Shown: one piece after another, positions 20,678 to 29,570 of the stretch
Numbering within the stretch: position 1 is the stretch's first letter
Layout of the letters: each line of letters starts with the position of its first letter
Assembly (NCBI GenBank): GCA_020635515.1
Contig: JACJZS010000002.1
Location: forward strand, 1,162,273 to 1,226,272
From: Flavobacteriales bacterium
GTDB taxonomy: Bacteria; Bacteroidota; Bacteroidia; Flavobacteriales; Weeksellaceae
Direction of reading: 5' to 3'
DNA: 64,000 nucleotides
Made by a program: the position numbers and the translations under genes
Notes under the pieces: model-generated
Told to the model about the DNA's origin: nothing
The model's input: the letters and a program-made list of their open reading frames with translations, nothing else
Database searches by the model: none

Positions 20678-23020
20678 TTATAAACTTAAGTCAATTCCTG
20701 CATAAACATTGGTTCCTTGTATAGGAGCATAAACCAATGATGAATCAAAATAATTTCCAAATGGATTTTTAGCATCAATAATAGGATAGGATTGAGTATA
20801 TCCGCCAATGTTTTCAAAGCCTAAATAAGCTCGGATTTTTTTAGAGAAATTTCTGCTGATTTGAGCATTTGCTAGAAAATAAGAATCTGAAAATGCTTTT
20901 CTTTGAAATGGAATAGGATTTTTGGACGTGTCGGGAATTCGCTGTTTGCTAAAGTATTGCAATGTAAAGTCAAAATTCCAATTGCGTTGCTGTTCAATTT
21001 TATTTGTTTGGTAACTTAGATTTAGAAAAGAACGATGTTTTGGTTGAAAAGGAGCTTGCTGAAGTTTTCCGTTGTACGTTGCTTTTACATCGTAATATTT
21101 ATATGCCAATCTCATCTCGAAACCTCGAAACCATTTAGCTATCCATTCTGCCTGAAAACTATTTGCAAATGTTTTTTTATCTTGGTTGGTAATTACGATT
21201 TCTTGTGAAGAGTAATCTAAATCGGGAATAATTTGATTTTTAAATTCGGTTCTATAAAAGTCAAAATTAAACGAAGTTTCTTTCCCAAAAATTTCTAAAC
21301 AATGTGTAATTGATGTTCCGTAATTGGTTGCAATTTCAGGTTTTAAACCGTATATTTTTCCATTGTTATTTTTAATTGTTAGCTTTCTGTTCGATATAAA
21401 GTATTTCTGATTTTCTGCCAATACATTTGCTGTTCTAAATCCTTTCCCAAAAGAAGCTCGTAAGGTAGTTTCTCTAAACAATTTGTACTTCAACATTACC
21501 TTAGGTAGAAATTGCGTTCCTGCAAGATTGTGGAAATCTACTCGTGAACCAATTATTGCATTAAACTTATCATTTAAAAACTCATATTCTCCAAATAGAG
21601 AATAGTTGTTTTCGGTTCGGTTGTATTCTGTATTTTCAAAGTTTTCTTTAAAATCATTGAACATGAAAGAAGAACCAATCTTATAGGAATGATTCGTGTT
21701 TTTAAATATATTCTGAAATACAATTTGTGATAAAAAGTAATTTTCTTTTCCAGTGTATGCTCTATTTCCGTATAGGTTATCTGTATTTGTAGAGTAATAT
21801 TTATTCATAAATCCGATGGATTTATACGGTTTGTTTTTGAAGTTATAGGCGGTTTTATTCCAAATTTGGAAGTGTTTATTATTTTGAGTAAGACCATAAA
21901 AAGCATTGTTCCTAGGAATGGAGAAGTATTGTTTTTGTCCACCTTCTTTTTCATCTATAGTTGCCTGAAATCCTGTTTTGGAAAATATTCCATTTTTACT
22001 TGTACCATCGTATTTGATTATATTCATGATGTTTAATTGCTTAGAAAGCGGATTATCTATAAAAGAATCGTTATTTCTGTCTTGTTTTTGAAATCGTCCA
22101 CTTGCATGACTCATAAAAGCATTGCTCCATAAGGAATCAATTTTTTGTACAGAGGTAAAGTTAGCTTCTGCTCTAGAGTTGTTATTGTAGTAAACATTTA
22201 GATTGGTTTCATTTTTATTTTTATAATCCAATGGATTTACAGATATAATTCCTGTTATAGATTCGTAACCATTTATTACAGAAGTACTTCCTTTAGAAAT
22301 ATCGATGGAGTTAATGAATCTTCCTGGAATGTAATTGATTCCTTGTGTTGTGTTTATACCGCGAACTTCAGGAAAACCATCAAGATTAATCTGAATGTAT
22401 TTTTGGTCTAAACCTAGCATTTTTATTTGTTTACTTCCTGTAACTGCATCAGCGTAAGAGACGTCTATAGATGAATTGGTATCAAAGCTTTCAGCTAAAT
22501 TACAACAAGCTGCTTTTTGCAATTCTCTTTTAGATAAAGTATACGTTAGTTGAGCATCTTTAGAGTTTATTTTTGTTGCTTCTAGTTTTTTTCTTACACT
22601 TACGGTTTCAAGAACTTTTGTCGAATCAGAAGAAAAAGAGTCGTACTTAAAAGGATTTTTATGTATAGAATCTTTTTCAGGAACTCTATATTGACAACAC
22701 ATAGGAAGGTCTTCATACGTTGTTTTATTTGCTTGGTATTTTTGATTATCATGACCAGCTTCTGCGACTTTCTTTAGAATAGTATCTAATGATGTTTGTA
22801 TAGAATCGTATTTTATTGTAGCGATTTTGGTATCTACGTTCCATATTCCTGATGATGTATTTTCTTTAAAAATAGCTTTTTCTATTCTATTTTTACACAT
22901 TTCGCAGTTTCCACTAATGTGTGCATTTTCTGTCTTTTCGTTTTGTATTTGTCCGTATACAACGGAATAGTTTAGTACTATTAACACAAGTACTAAAAAT
23001 GATTTTTTATTAAATAACAT
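20678..23020 (-). CDS. TonB-dependent receptor with an N-terminal heavy-metal-associated-like (CxxC) domain
   Basis: Signal peptide, then an HMA-like segment ISGNCEMCKNRIEKAI (CxxC), then a TonB plug (ETVSVR...) and a large beta-barrel. Confidence 0.8.
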   Translation of the reverse strand: MLFNKKSFLVLVLIVLNYSVVYGQIQNEKTENAHISGNCEMCKNRIEKAIFKENTSSGIWNVDTKIATIKYDSIQTSLDTILKKVAEAGHDNQKYQANKTTYEDLPMCCQYRVPEKDSIHKNPFKYDSFSSDSTKVLETVSVRKKLEATKINSKDAQLTYTLSKRELQKAACCNLAESFDTNSSIDVSYADAVTGSKQIKMLGLDQKYIQINLDGFPEVRGINTTQGINYIPGRFINSIDISKGSTSVINGYESITGIISVNPLDYKNKNETNLNVYYNNNSRAEANFTSVQKIDSLWSNAFMSHASGRFQKQDRNNDSFIDNPLSKQLNIMNIIKYDGTSKNGIFSKTGFQATIDEKEGGQKQYFSIPRNNAFYGLTQNNKHFQIWNKTAYNFKNKPYKSIGFMNKYYSTNTDNLYGNRAYTGKENYFLSQIVFQNIFKNTNHSYKIGSSFMFNDFKENFENTEYNRTENNYSLFGEYEFLNDKFNAIIGSRVDFHNLAGTQFLPKVMLKYKLFRETTLRASFGKGFRTANVLAENQKYFISNRKLTIKNNNGKIYGLKPEIATNYGTSITHCLEIFGKETSFNFDFYRTEFKNQIIPDLDYSSQEIVITNQDKKTFANSFQAEWIAKWFRGFEMRLAYKYYDVKATYNGKLQQAPFQPKHRSFLNLSYQTNKIEQQRNWNFDFTLQYFSKQRIPDTSKNPIPFQRKAFSDSYFLANAQISRNFSKKIRAYLGFENIGGYTQSYPIIDAKNPFGNYFDSSLVYAPIQGTNVYAGIDLSL

Positions 23021-23090
23021 TTTTTTGTTTTTAGAAATTAGTAAAATAGTATGTCTTTATTTAGAAAGCATACCATGAAGAGATGAGTTA

Positions 23091-23453
23091 CTAAATTTCT
23101 ATTTTTGGAGGCGTGAAAAGAGAGTAAGATAGTTCCTTTAGTTTCTTATTTTTATAATAAAATGAATGTTTTGTAAGTAATTTTGAGTTTTTAATAGGTT
23201 TGTAATTTTCTGATTTAGGTATTACAATATTACTGATGGTTTTGTGTATACAACAGCTATGATTACAACTGTGTTTTTCTTTTTGATGTTTACTACTACC
23301 ATGACAATCTGATTTCTCTTTTTCTAAAGAGGAACATGTATGTGTAGAGCAATCGTTATGACTCATGCTTGTAGAATAAATTCCTTCGATAGGAAACAAG
23401 AATACAAGCATTAATAAAGAGTAATTTATGTACGTTCTTAGAATCATTACCAC
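23091..23453 (-). CDS. Small secreted Cys/His-rich protein, putative metal-binding, co-directional with and upstream of the HMA-TonB receptor
   Basis: Signal peptide followed by HNDCSTHTCSSLEKEKSDCHGSSKHQKEKHSCNHSCCIHK. The high Cys/His density suggests metal coordination. It lies 70 bp upstream of the receptor gene. Confidence 0.45.
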   Translation of the reverse strand: MVMILRTYINYSLLMLVFLFPIEGIYSTSMSHNDCSTHTCSSLEKEKSDCHGSSKHQKEKHSCNHSCCIHKTISNIVIPKSENYKPIKNSKLLTKHSFYYKNKKLKELSYSLFTPPKIEI

Positions 23454-23550
23454 AAAGGTACGGAATATTTAGATTATGCACAAATTAATTACCTAACTCA
23501 CTTTAAAAAATTACAACAAAAAACGTACATTTGTATTTATAAAATAGCAC

Positions 23551-24408
23551 ATGAAATTTCCTGATTATATTACAACAGAAAAACTTAATTATTTTATAAA
23601 GAATGCATTAGAAGAAGATTTAGGAGGTGGAGATTATTCTACTCTTGCTACTATTCCCAAAAGTTTAATTCAAAAAGCACAGCTTATTGTTAAAGAAGAT
23701 TGTATTCTTGCAGGAGTTGAAATTGCTAATTATATCTTTAAGTATTTTGATGAATCCATACAAATTGAGAATCTAATTAAAGACGGAAGTAGTGTGAAAA
23801 AAGGAGATATTGCTTTTATTGTAGAAGGTAAAGCACAATCAATTTTAAGTACAGAAAGACTTATTCTCAACTGTATGCAACGAATGAGCGGAATTGCTAC
23901 GTATACTTACCAAATGAATCAACTGATTAAAGATACCAATTGCAAACTTTTAGATACCAGGAAAACAACTCCCAATTTTAGAATGCTAGAAAAACTTGCA
24001 GTTCTTATAGGTGGAGGAACGAATCATCGATTTGGATTGTATGACATGATTATGCTCAAAGACAATCACATAGATTACAACGGAAGCATTACCAATGCTG
24101 TAGAAATGACAAAAAAATACCTTAAAGAAAATAATTTAAACCTAAAGATAGAAGTAGAAACTAGAAATTTAGAAGAAGTAAAAGAAGCACTAAAAAGTAA
24201 GGTAGATAGAATCATGCTCGACAATATGAACTATGAAACCATGAAAAAAGCCGTAGCAATAATTGACAAGCAATGTGAAACGGAAGCTTCTGGTGGAATC
24301 ACAGAAAAAAACCTACGTCAAGTTTCAGAAACAGGAGTTGATTTTATCTCCATCGGTGCTTTAATTCACTCAGCAAAAAACATTGATTTAAGTTTAAAAG
24401 CGGTTTAG
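23551..24408 (+). CDS. nadC: Nicotinate-nucleotide pyrophosphorylase (carboxylating) / quinolinate phosphoribosyltransferase
   Basis: 285 aa with conserved NadC regions (RMSGIAT, LDTRKTTP, IMLDNM). Confidence 0.9.
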   Translation: MKFPDYITTEKLNYFIKNALEEDLGGGDYSTLATIPKSLIQKAQLIVKEDCILAGVEIANYIFKYFDESIQIENLIKDGSSVKKGDIAFIVEGKAQSILSTERLILNCMQRMSGIATYTYQMNQLIKDTNCKLLDTRKTTPNFRMLEKLAVLIGGGTNHRFGLYDMIMLKDNHIDYNGSITNAVEMTKKYLKENNLNLKIEVETRNLEEVKEALKSKVDRIMLDNMNYETMKKAVAIIDKQCETEASGGITEKNLRQVSETGVDFISIGALIHSAKNIDLSLKAV

Positions 24409-24410
24409 AT

Positions 24411-24492
24411 TTTTTAGAGGAGAGAAGATAGAGAAAAGAACAAAGACGTGGCAAAACCATATTCTATCCTCTTTGTTCTAATGTCTTTTTTC
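24411..24492. repeat. Direct repeat, left copy (~82 bp), flanking the TA cassette; contains a 10-bp-stem hairpin
   Basis: tttttagaggagagaagatagagaaaagaacaaagacgtggcaaaaccatattctatcctctttgttctaatgtcttttttc. It recurs at 25066..25160. Inside it, agaacaaaga and tctttgttct are inverted repeats. Confidence 0.7.
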
Positions 24493-24494
24493 TT

Positions 24495-24805
24495 CTAAGA
24501 AATAGGTTTTTCTCTAGTTCCTCTAAAATTAATGATTTCAATTAGCTTTTTTCTAGATTTTATTCGGTAAATTATGTAATTATTCTTGTCTATCAATTAT
24601 TCTTGTCTATCAATCCTTTATGAGTGTTTTTGAACCTTGAAGTTTGAGGAAACATCAAAGGATATTCCTTAATGGATTCAATAAATTTTTCAATTTTAGA
24701 TTCCAGTTGTTTAATTTCTCTAGTTGTCCATTCTTTTTCTAAGTAATTTATGGCTTTATCAAGTCCCTTAAGAGCTTGAGGAGTCCAAAGTACTTTTACT
24801 TCCAT
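24495..24805 (-). pseudogene. ParE/RelE-family type II toxin gene disrupted by a 17-bp tandem duplication; the track-called remnant is 24593..24805 (70 aa)
   Basis: The called ORF ends at GLIDKNN*, with the stop created inside the second copy of the duplicated 17-mer. Deleting one copy in silico restores the frame and gives MEVKVLWTPQALKGLDKAINYLEKEW...GLIDKNNYIIYRIKSRKKLIEIINFRGTREKPIS*, 98 aa. That is the canonical ParE/RelE N- and C-terminal signature, with a stop at 24495-24497. Confidence 0.7.
24580..24613. repeat. Perfect 17-bp tandem duplication (ttattcttgtctatcaa x2) causing the toxin frameshift
   Basis: Copies read directly at 24580-24596 and 24597-24613. 17 is not divisible by 3, and on the minus strand the junction reads ...aataaTTGAtag..., introducing a TGA. 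Confidence 0.9.
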
Positions 24806-25023
24806 TTGGAAAATCTTTTCATTGCCTCTTTATGAGAAATTCCTTCTTCATGATTTGCCTCTTTAATTCCTTGAGCAATTTCTTCTTGTTCTGTTTCTGA
24901 AAGATTAATCCACCAATCCGTTTTTTCTTCTCTCAGTACCTGATCTAAATGTTTAATAACACTCTCTTTATTTAAAGCAATGATTCTTTGAATGATGTCT
25001 AATTTAGTAAGTTCCAAATTCAT
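24796..25023 (-). CDS. Type II antitoxin, putative addiction-module component (ParD/Phd-like small helical protein)
   Basis: MNLELTKLDIIQRIIALNKESVIKHLDQVL...AMKRFSKWK. Its stop overlaps the toxin start by 10 bp, the classic TA arrangement. The ORF-track start (25041) adds MYIWSI; the internal Met at 25023 is preferred. Confidence 0.6.
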   Translation of the reverse strand: MNLELTKLDIIQRIIALNKESVIKHLDQVLREEKTDWWINLSETEQEEIAQGIKEANHEEGISHKEAMKRFSKWK

Positions 25024-25065
25024 GATACTCCAAATATACAAAATTATTTATTTGACTTTTAGATT

Positions 25066-25160
25066 TTTTAGAGGAAAGAAGATAGAGGAAAGAAGATAGA
25101 GAAAAGAACAAAGATGTGGCAAAACCATATTCTATCCTCTTTGTTCTAATGTCTTTTCTC
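25066..25160. repeat. Direct repeat, right copy (~95 bp), with an internal 14-bp tandem duplication
   Basis: Matches the left copy except for three point mismatches (g/a, c/t, t/c) and an extra gaaagaagatagag. It ends 16 bp before the stop of the TPR gene. Confidence 0.7.
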
Positions 25161-25176
25161 TATCTTTTACTATCTC

Positions 25177-28131
25177 TCAAAATTTCTTCTTCACTTTATT
25201 AGCTTCTTCTATAATATCCGAATATTCGGTATAATTTTCCAATACTTGGTTTATAGTGTAGTTTGCTTGATACAAATCATTTAAATAGAAATAATTTTCA
25301 GACATTACAACCAAAGATTTTGCTCCCCAGTATTGTTGTTCAGAATAATTAGATACCAAATTGAATATTACTTCGTTGGATTCTTTATACTTTTTATCTT
25401 TATTTAGAAAGTATGCCTTGTAATACAAACTTTCTGCTTTTACGGCTTCATTACTCGAATTTTCTAATTCTTTGTATAATTCTTTTGCTTTATTTTCTTC
25501 TCCTAAACTTAATTCTGATTTTGCTATAATTACTTTTGCCGTTTCTTTGATTGTTTGTGAATTAGTATCATTTGAAATCACTTTATTTGCCATTTCTACA
25601 GCATTTTTATATTGTTTCTTTTCTGCATACAAATGCATCAATTCCAGTTCACAGAAACTTAAATAATTAGGATTATTAGAAACTTGATACAATGCTTCTA
25701 ATGATAAAAATGCTTCATCTTTTTTGTTTTGATTCAAATAAATTTGAGATAACCTAAGTAACGCTTCTTCTTGATTTTCATTTGGTTTTCCTGCTACTTT
25801 TGTAAAATAAGGAATTGCTTTTTCAAGTTGTTTTAACTGATAATAACTTTCTGCTAAATAGAAATTTACCAAGGTAGTTTTAGTGCTTTTAGGGAAATTA
25901 ATATCAAAACCAGTCAAATCATTGATAGTTTGTTGGTATTTTTGGGAACTGAAACTTTTCTGAGCAACAGCGAATACAAATTCTTCTTTTTCTTGGTTGG
26001 TAATGGAATAATTGATGCTTTTAATCCAGCTTTCAAAACCTTTAACATTTCCTGTTTTTACATAAAGTGATTGAGCTTCAGAAACTGCTCGCTTTACATA
26101 ATCGGTTTGTGCGTATTTTTTTGCGATTGATTTATACTCATTAATTGCTCTTTCATCTTGATTTAACTGTGCATAACTATCGGCACGAGCAAAATAAGAG
26201 TTTGTTAGGATTTCATTTTGCTTATCCATAGAAATTACTTTGTCGTAATAACTAATTGCATCATTGTATTTTTGTAGAGAATAGTATGCATTTGCAATTT
26301 CGTAATAAGCGGTTTGTTTTTTATCGCTATTAGGATAGTTTTGTATATAATCTTGAAGTGTTTTTATTTTTTCACTTTGTTTTCCTTGCAATCCATATAG
26401 ATTTGCTCGCTGAAATGTTGCATATTCAGAATTTTCCGTTTCTTCTGCTGTATCATAAATTGCAATAGCTTTATCGTAATTATTCAATCCTAAATACGCA
26501 TCTGCAAGGCGAAGTTTTGCATCTTCTTCTAACTCTTTTGTTGGATTATTTAAAAAACGCTCAAAGTATTCAACAGATTTTTCATAATTCTTTACTTTTA
26601 AATACGTAAATCCAAACAAATAAGGAAGTTGTATTTTTTCTGAATAATTAATGTTGATTTTCTCTAAGGTTTTTAAATTTAGGAGAGTTTCAGTATAATT
26701 ACCTAACTGAAAATTAGATTCTGCACTCCAGAAAAGAGATTTTGCTAACACTTCTTGATTAGACGTAATTTCTATTGCGTGTTTAAAGTTATCTATTGCT
26801 TGCTGGTACTTTCCTTCATTAAAAAGACGTACTCCATTTAGGTACGAAACTTCTTGGTATGCATTTTTTAATTCAGGAGATTTATTTGATTTTGTTTTTA
26901 GAATGTTTACAGCATCGTCTAACTGATTTGATTTCACATAGGATTTTACCAAAAGTTGGTTCATTTTTGCTTGATGTGGATTTTTAGGATAGTTGTCCAA
27001 AAAACGCTGAATTGCATTTGGTGTAGATTCAAATGGATTCCCAATATCAAAACTTAATTTCGCATAGTTGTAATGAGCATTTTCAGCAACTTTTGCATTA
27101 AAGTTCATTTCGCTTGCAGATTTATACGCAGTTAATGCTTCCTGCTTTTTGTTGGTTTTTAGATACGAATTACCTAATTGATAATATGCATTTTGTCCTA
27201 ATTCCGAATTTTCAGAAGTTATCTTATTAAAGTTATCTACCGCTTTTTGGTAGTTTCCGTTCACATAATACACATATCCTAATTGGTAAAAGTCTGATGC
27301 TTTTGGATTTTCTTGCGAATCAATATAATTTTCTAAGTATGGAATAGCTTGTTTGTATTCTTGAAGTTTAAAGTAACTTTCTCCTATAATTTTTGAGATT
27401 TCTGATTTCATCTCAGGAAATGCTCCCGAATTGAGAAGTTTTTTCCCTTCCTCTATTGCTTGATTGTATTTTTTGTCGTTAAAATAAATTTGAATCAAAT
27501 ATGGACGAACTTTTTGAGAATAATTTTCATGATTTAAAAGAGGTTCAAAATAGTTCATTACTTGAGCATATTTTCCTTCATGATAAAGAATATGTCCTAT
27601 CATGTAATCGGTTTCATTTTTATAATGATTTGCTTTATTGACTTTTTTTAGTGGAGATAATGCTTTTTGATATTCCTCACTCATAAAATAAGCATATCCT
27701 AGTTTGTAATAATGATTAATTTTTTCTTCTTCATTAAAATCGCTCGGTAAAACTTTAGATAAATAATATGCAGAATTTTCATATTGTCCATTTATCAAAT
27801 AGAAATTTCCAAGCGGTTCATATAGAGAATATTCTTGTTTTATTTCTGGATTTTCATTTGCATACTTTTCATATTCTTCTAGTGCATATTTCTCTTGAAG
27901 AACCAAATCAGCAACTACTTTTTTGAATGTTAAATCATTAGCAATAACAGCATTTGGTTTCTGAAAACTCAGTATATCTCTTGCTGAATTTTGTACAGCA
28001 GAATATGCTTTGTCATTAAACTGACTTTCTGCTTTTGTGATTTCGTATGTAATTTGTTTATAATAATCAGATTGTTGACCAAAAGAAAATGTAGTAAATA
28101 ATATATATATATAAAGACTTTTGAATTTCAT
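25177..28131 (-). CDS. Tetratricopeptide-repeat (TPR) protein with signal peptide, 984 aa
   Basis: An N-terminal signal peptide, then TPR-like 34-aa repeats along the whole length (recurrent Y..G..Y..A motifs). Confidence 0.8.
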   Translation of the reverse strand: MKFKSLYIYILFTTFSFGQQSDYYKQITYEITKAESQFNDKAYSAVQNSARDILSFQKPNAVIANDLTFKKVVADLVLQEKYALEEYEKYANENPEIKQEYSLYEPLGNFYLINGQYENSAYYLSKVLPSDFNEEEKINHYYKLGYAYFMSEEYQKALSPLKKVNKANHYKNETDYMIGHILYHEGKYAQVMNYFEPLLNHENYSQKVRPYLIQIYFNDKKYNQAIEEGKKLLNSGAFPEMKSEISKIIGESYFKLQEYKQAIPYLENYIDSQENPKASDFYQLGYVYYVNGNYQKAVDNFNKITSENSELGQNAYYQLGNSYLKTNKKQEALTAYKSASEMNFNAKVAENAHYNYAKLSFDIGNPFESTPNAIQRFLDNYPKNPHQAKMNQLLVKSYVKSNQLDDAVNILKTKSNKSPELKNAYQEVSYLNGVRLFNEGKYQQAIDNFKHAIEITSNQEVLAKSLFWSAESNFQLGNYTETLLNLKTLEKININYSEKIQLPYLFGFTYLKVKNYEKSVEYFERFLNNPTKELEEDAKLRLADAYLGLNNYDKAIAIYDTAEETENSEYATFQRANLYGLQGKQSEKIKTLQDYIQNYPNSDKKQTAYYEIANAYYSLQKYNDAISYYDKVISMDKQNEILTNSYFARADSYAQLNQDERAINEYKSIAKKYAQTDYVKRAVSEAQSLYVKTGNVKGFESWIKSINYSITNQEKEEFVFAVAQKSFSSQKYQQTINDLTGFDINFPKSTKTTLVNFYLAESYYQLKQLEKAIPYFTKVAGKPNENQEEALLRLSQIYLNQNKKDEAFLSLEALYQVSNNPNYLSFCELELMHLYAEKKQYKNAVEMANKVISNDTNSQTIKETAKVIIAKSELSLGEENKAKELYKELENSSNEAVKAESLYYKAYFLNKDKKYKESNEVIFNLVSNYSEQQYWGAKSLVVMSENYFYLNDLYQANYTINQVLENYTEYSDIIEEANKVKKKF

Positions 28132-28275
28132 TAGATGTGTTTTAAAATTGAACGTAATTCAGATAAGTATATTTTACTAATGTGCAAAATAAGAGCGAAT
28201 TTACTTAAAAATCCACTCTTACTAAAATTAATCCGAAAGTTTTAATATATCTTGACATTCGTCTGAAAAGAATGA

Positions 28276-28923
28276 TTATCTTTTCTCTAAATTTTCAATT
28301 CGTTTTTCCAGCTCAAATAATTTAGAATAGTACTTGTTATCTTTTGTAGTACTGAGATGTGTCACTACGGAATAAACATTACCTTCACTTATTTTAAAAG
28401 TTTTATTTGTTTTTATCAGTGTTAAGTTTTCTTCTTTTACGCTAATTTTATCTATAAATATAAATCCATTTAAATTAACTATATATTCCCTTGAATCAAG
28501 AGTATTTTCATTCAGATTTAATTTAATAAGTAATAATAAATCTCCTTTTTGATAGAAATCTTGCGGGTTATCTAAAATTATAAAATGATTAAAAAATGTT
28601 TTTAGTTTTTCAGCTTGAACTTCATAGATAATACCATCTTTTTTTTCTAATTCTAGATTTTGAAGTAATTTACTTTGAATTACTTTTTCTGCTTCAGTAT
28701 AGTTGGCGATTTGATTTACAGTTAGTTTCTTTTTCAATAAATCATCAGTAGATAGTTCAAAATGATCCGATATGCGTAATAACGTCTCTATTTTCGGTTC
28801 AGCTCTTCCTTCCTCATACGAACTCACTACTCCTCTATTTAAATTAACCAATTCTCCAAACTGAGTTTGACTTAATCCCTTTAACTGCCTGATTTTTTTA
28901 ATATTTGTGCCAAAATACGACAT
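28276..28923 (-). CDS. XRE-family helix-turn-helix transcriptional regulator with a LexA/S24-like (apparently non-catalytic) C-terminal beta domain
   Basis: The HTH is IKKIRQLKGLSQTQFGELVNLNRGVVSSYEEGRAEP. The C-terminal ~120 aa have an S24-like strand pattern (GDLLLLI, NGFIFIDKI, VYSVVTHL) but no obvious Ser-Lys dyad. The start is taken at the internal Met (28923); the track start at 28977 adds a hydrophobic extension. Confidence 0.6.
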   Translation of the reverse strand: MSYFGTNIKKIRQLKGLSQTQFGELVNLNRGVVSSYEEGRAEPKIETLLRISDHFELSTDDLLKKKLTVNQIANYTEAEKVIQSKLLQNLELEKKDGIIYEVQAEKLKTFFNHFIILDNPQDFYQKGDLLLLIKLNLNENTLDSREYIVNLNGFIFIDKISVKEENLTLIKTNKTFKISEGNVYSVVTHLSTTKDNKYYSKLFELEKRIENLEKR

Positions 28924-28935
28924 AATGCAAAATGT

Positions 28936-29002
28936 ATTTGCAAATATACAGAAATAAATTGTTAATTTTATTTGCATTTATGATTTTTAACTGTATATTT
29001 GC
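28936..29002. promoter_or_regulatory. Candidate operator/promoter elements in the divergent regulator / psp-like operon intergenic region
   Basis: A perfect 10-bp palindrome ATTTGCAAAT (28936-28945). A 12-bp inverted repeat gcaaatatacag (28940-28951) / ctgtatatttgc (28991-29002). Further TTTGCAT half-sites at about 28971 and 29112. Confidence 0.25.
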
Positions 29003-29147
29003 TAATATAATTATCAATAAACTCGATTATCGTTTAAAAACAACCGATTAAATGAAAATCATACCGAATATAAAAATCAGATTATTTATATAAAATAAAA
29101 AACATTAATTTGCATTAAATATTCAAGATAAATAAACACATAATAAT

Positions 29148-29540
29148 ATGAAAAAAAAGAACCTTATAAAAGAGCTATTATTAGAACTAGAATATACAAT
29201 TACGCATCAAACTGACGATTTATCTGTATTTGTGATTGATAAAGAAGTAGATGGAATCAAAAATTTGGTAATTGCTTATTCCGAACCAATTCTTATCATA
29301 GAGCAGTTCTTATTCGAGATAAAAAATGAATCTCTCTTTATGTATAAAAATTTACTTAAAAAGAACAGAGATATTGTGCATGGAGCTTTTGTATTAGATG
29401 ATTCGGGAACTAAAGTGATTTTTAGAGACACCTTACAAACCGAAAATTTAGATAAAAATGAACTAGAAGCAAGTTTGAATTCTCTAAGTCTTTTACTAAG
29501 CGAATACTCAAAAGAAATTGTAGAATTTTCAAAAAATTAA
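29148..29540 (+). CDS. YbjN-fold / YjfI-like (DUF2170-like) small cytoplasmic protein, first gene of the psp-like operon
   Basis: 130 aa. It has the size and motif pattern of YbjN-type domains (hydrophobic core PILIIEQFLFEI, then LLKKNRDIVHGAFVLDDSGTKVIFRDTL, then an acidic helical tail). Only 30 bp separate it from pspA. The assignment is by pattern recognition only. Confidence 0.35.
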   Translation: MKKKNLIKELLLELEYTITHQTDDLSVFVIDKEVDGIKNLVIAYSEPILIIEQFLFEIKNESLFMYKNLLKKNRDIVHGAFVLDDSGTKVIFRDTLQTENLDKNELEASLNSLSLLLSEYSKEIVEFSKN

Positions 29541-29570
29541 AAATAGATTAACTAAAAAATTAAAAATACC

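Noticed and set aside
24409-24532. MITE-like reading of the left repeat (terminal inverted repeats tttttagagga / tcctctaaaat)
   Set aside because: The right-hand 'TIR' lies inside the reconstructed 3' end of the ancestral ParE/RelE toxin gene (it encodes ...FRGTREKPIS). It is therefore better explained as coding sequence than as a transposon end.
28978-29147. Sigma-54 promoter upstream of the psp-like operon
   Set aside because: TTGCA motifs are present, but none has a GG dinucleotide at the -24 spacing (TGGCAC-N5-TTGCA). A sigma-54 promoter cannot be supported from sequence.
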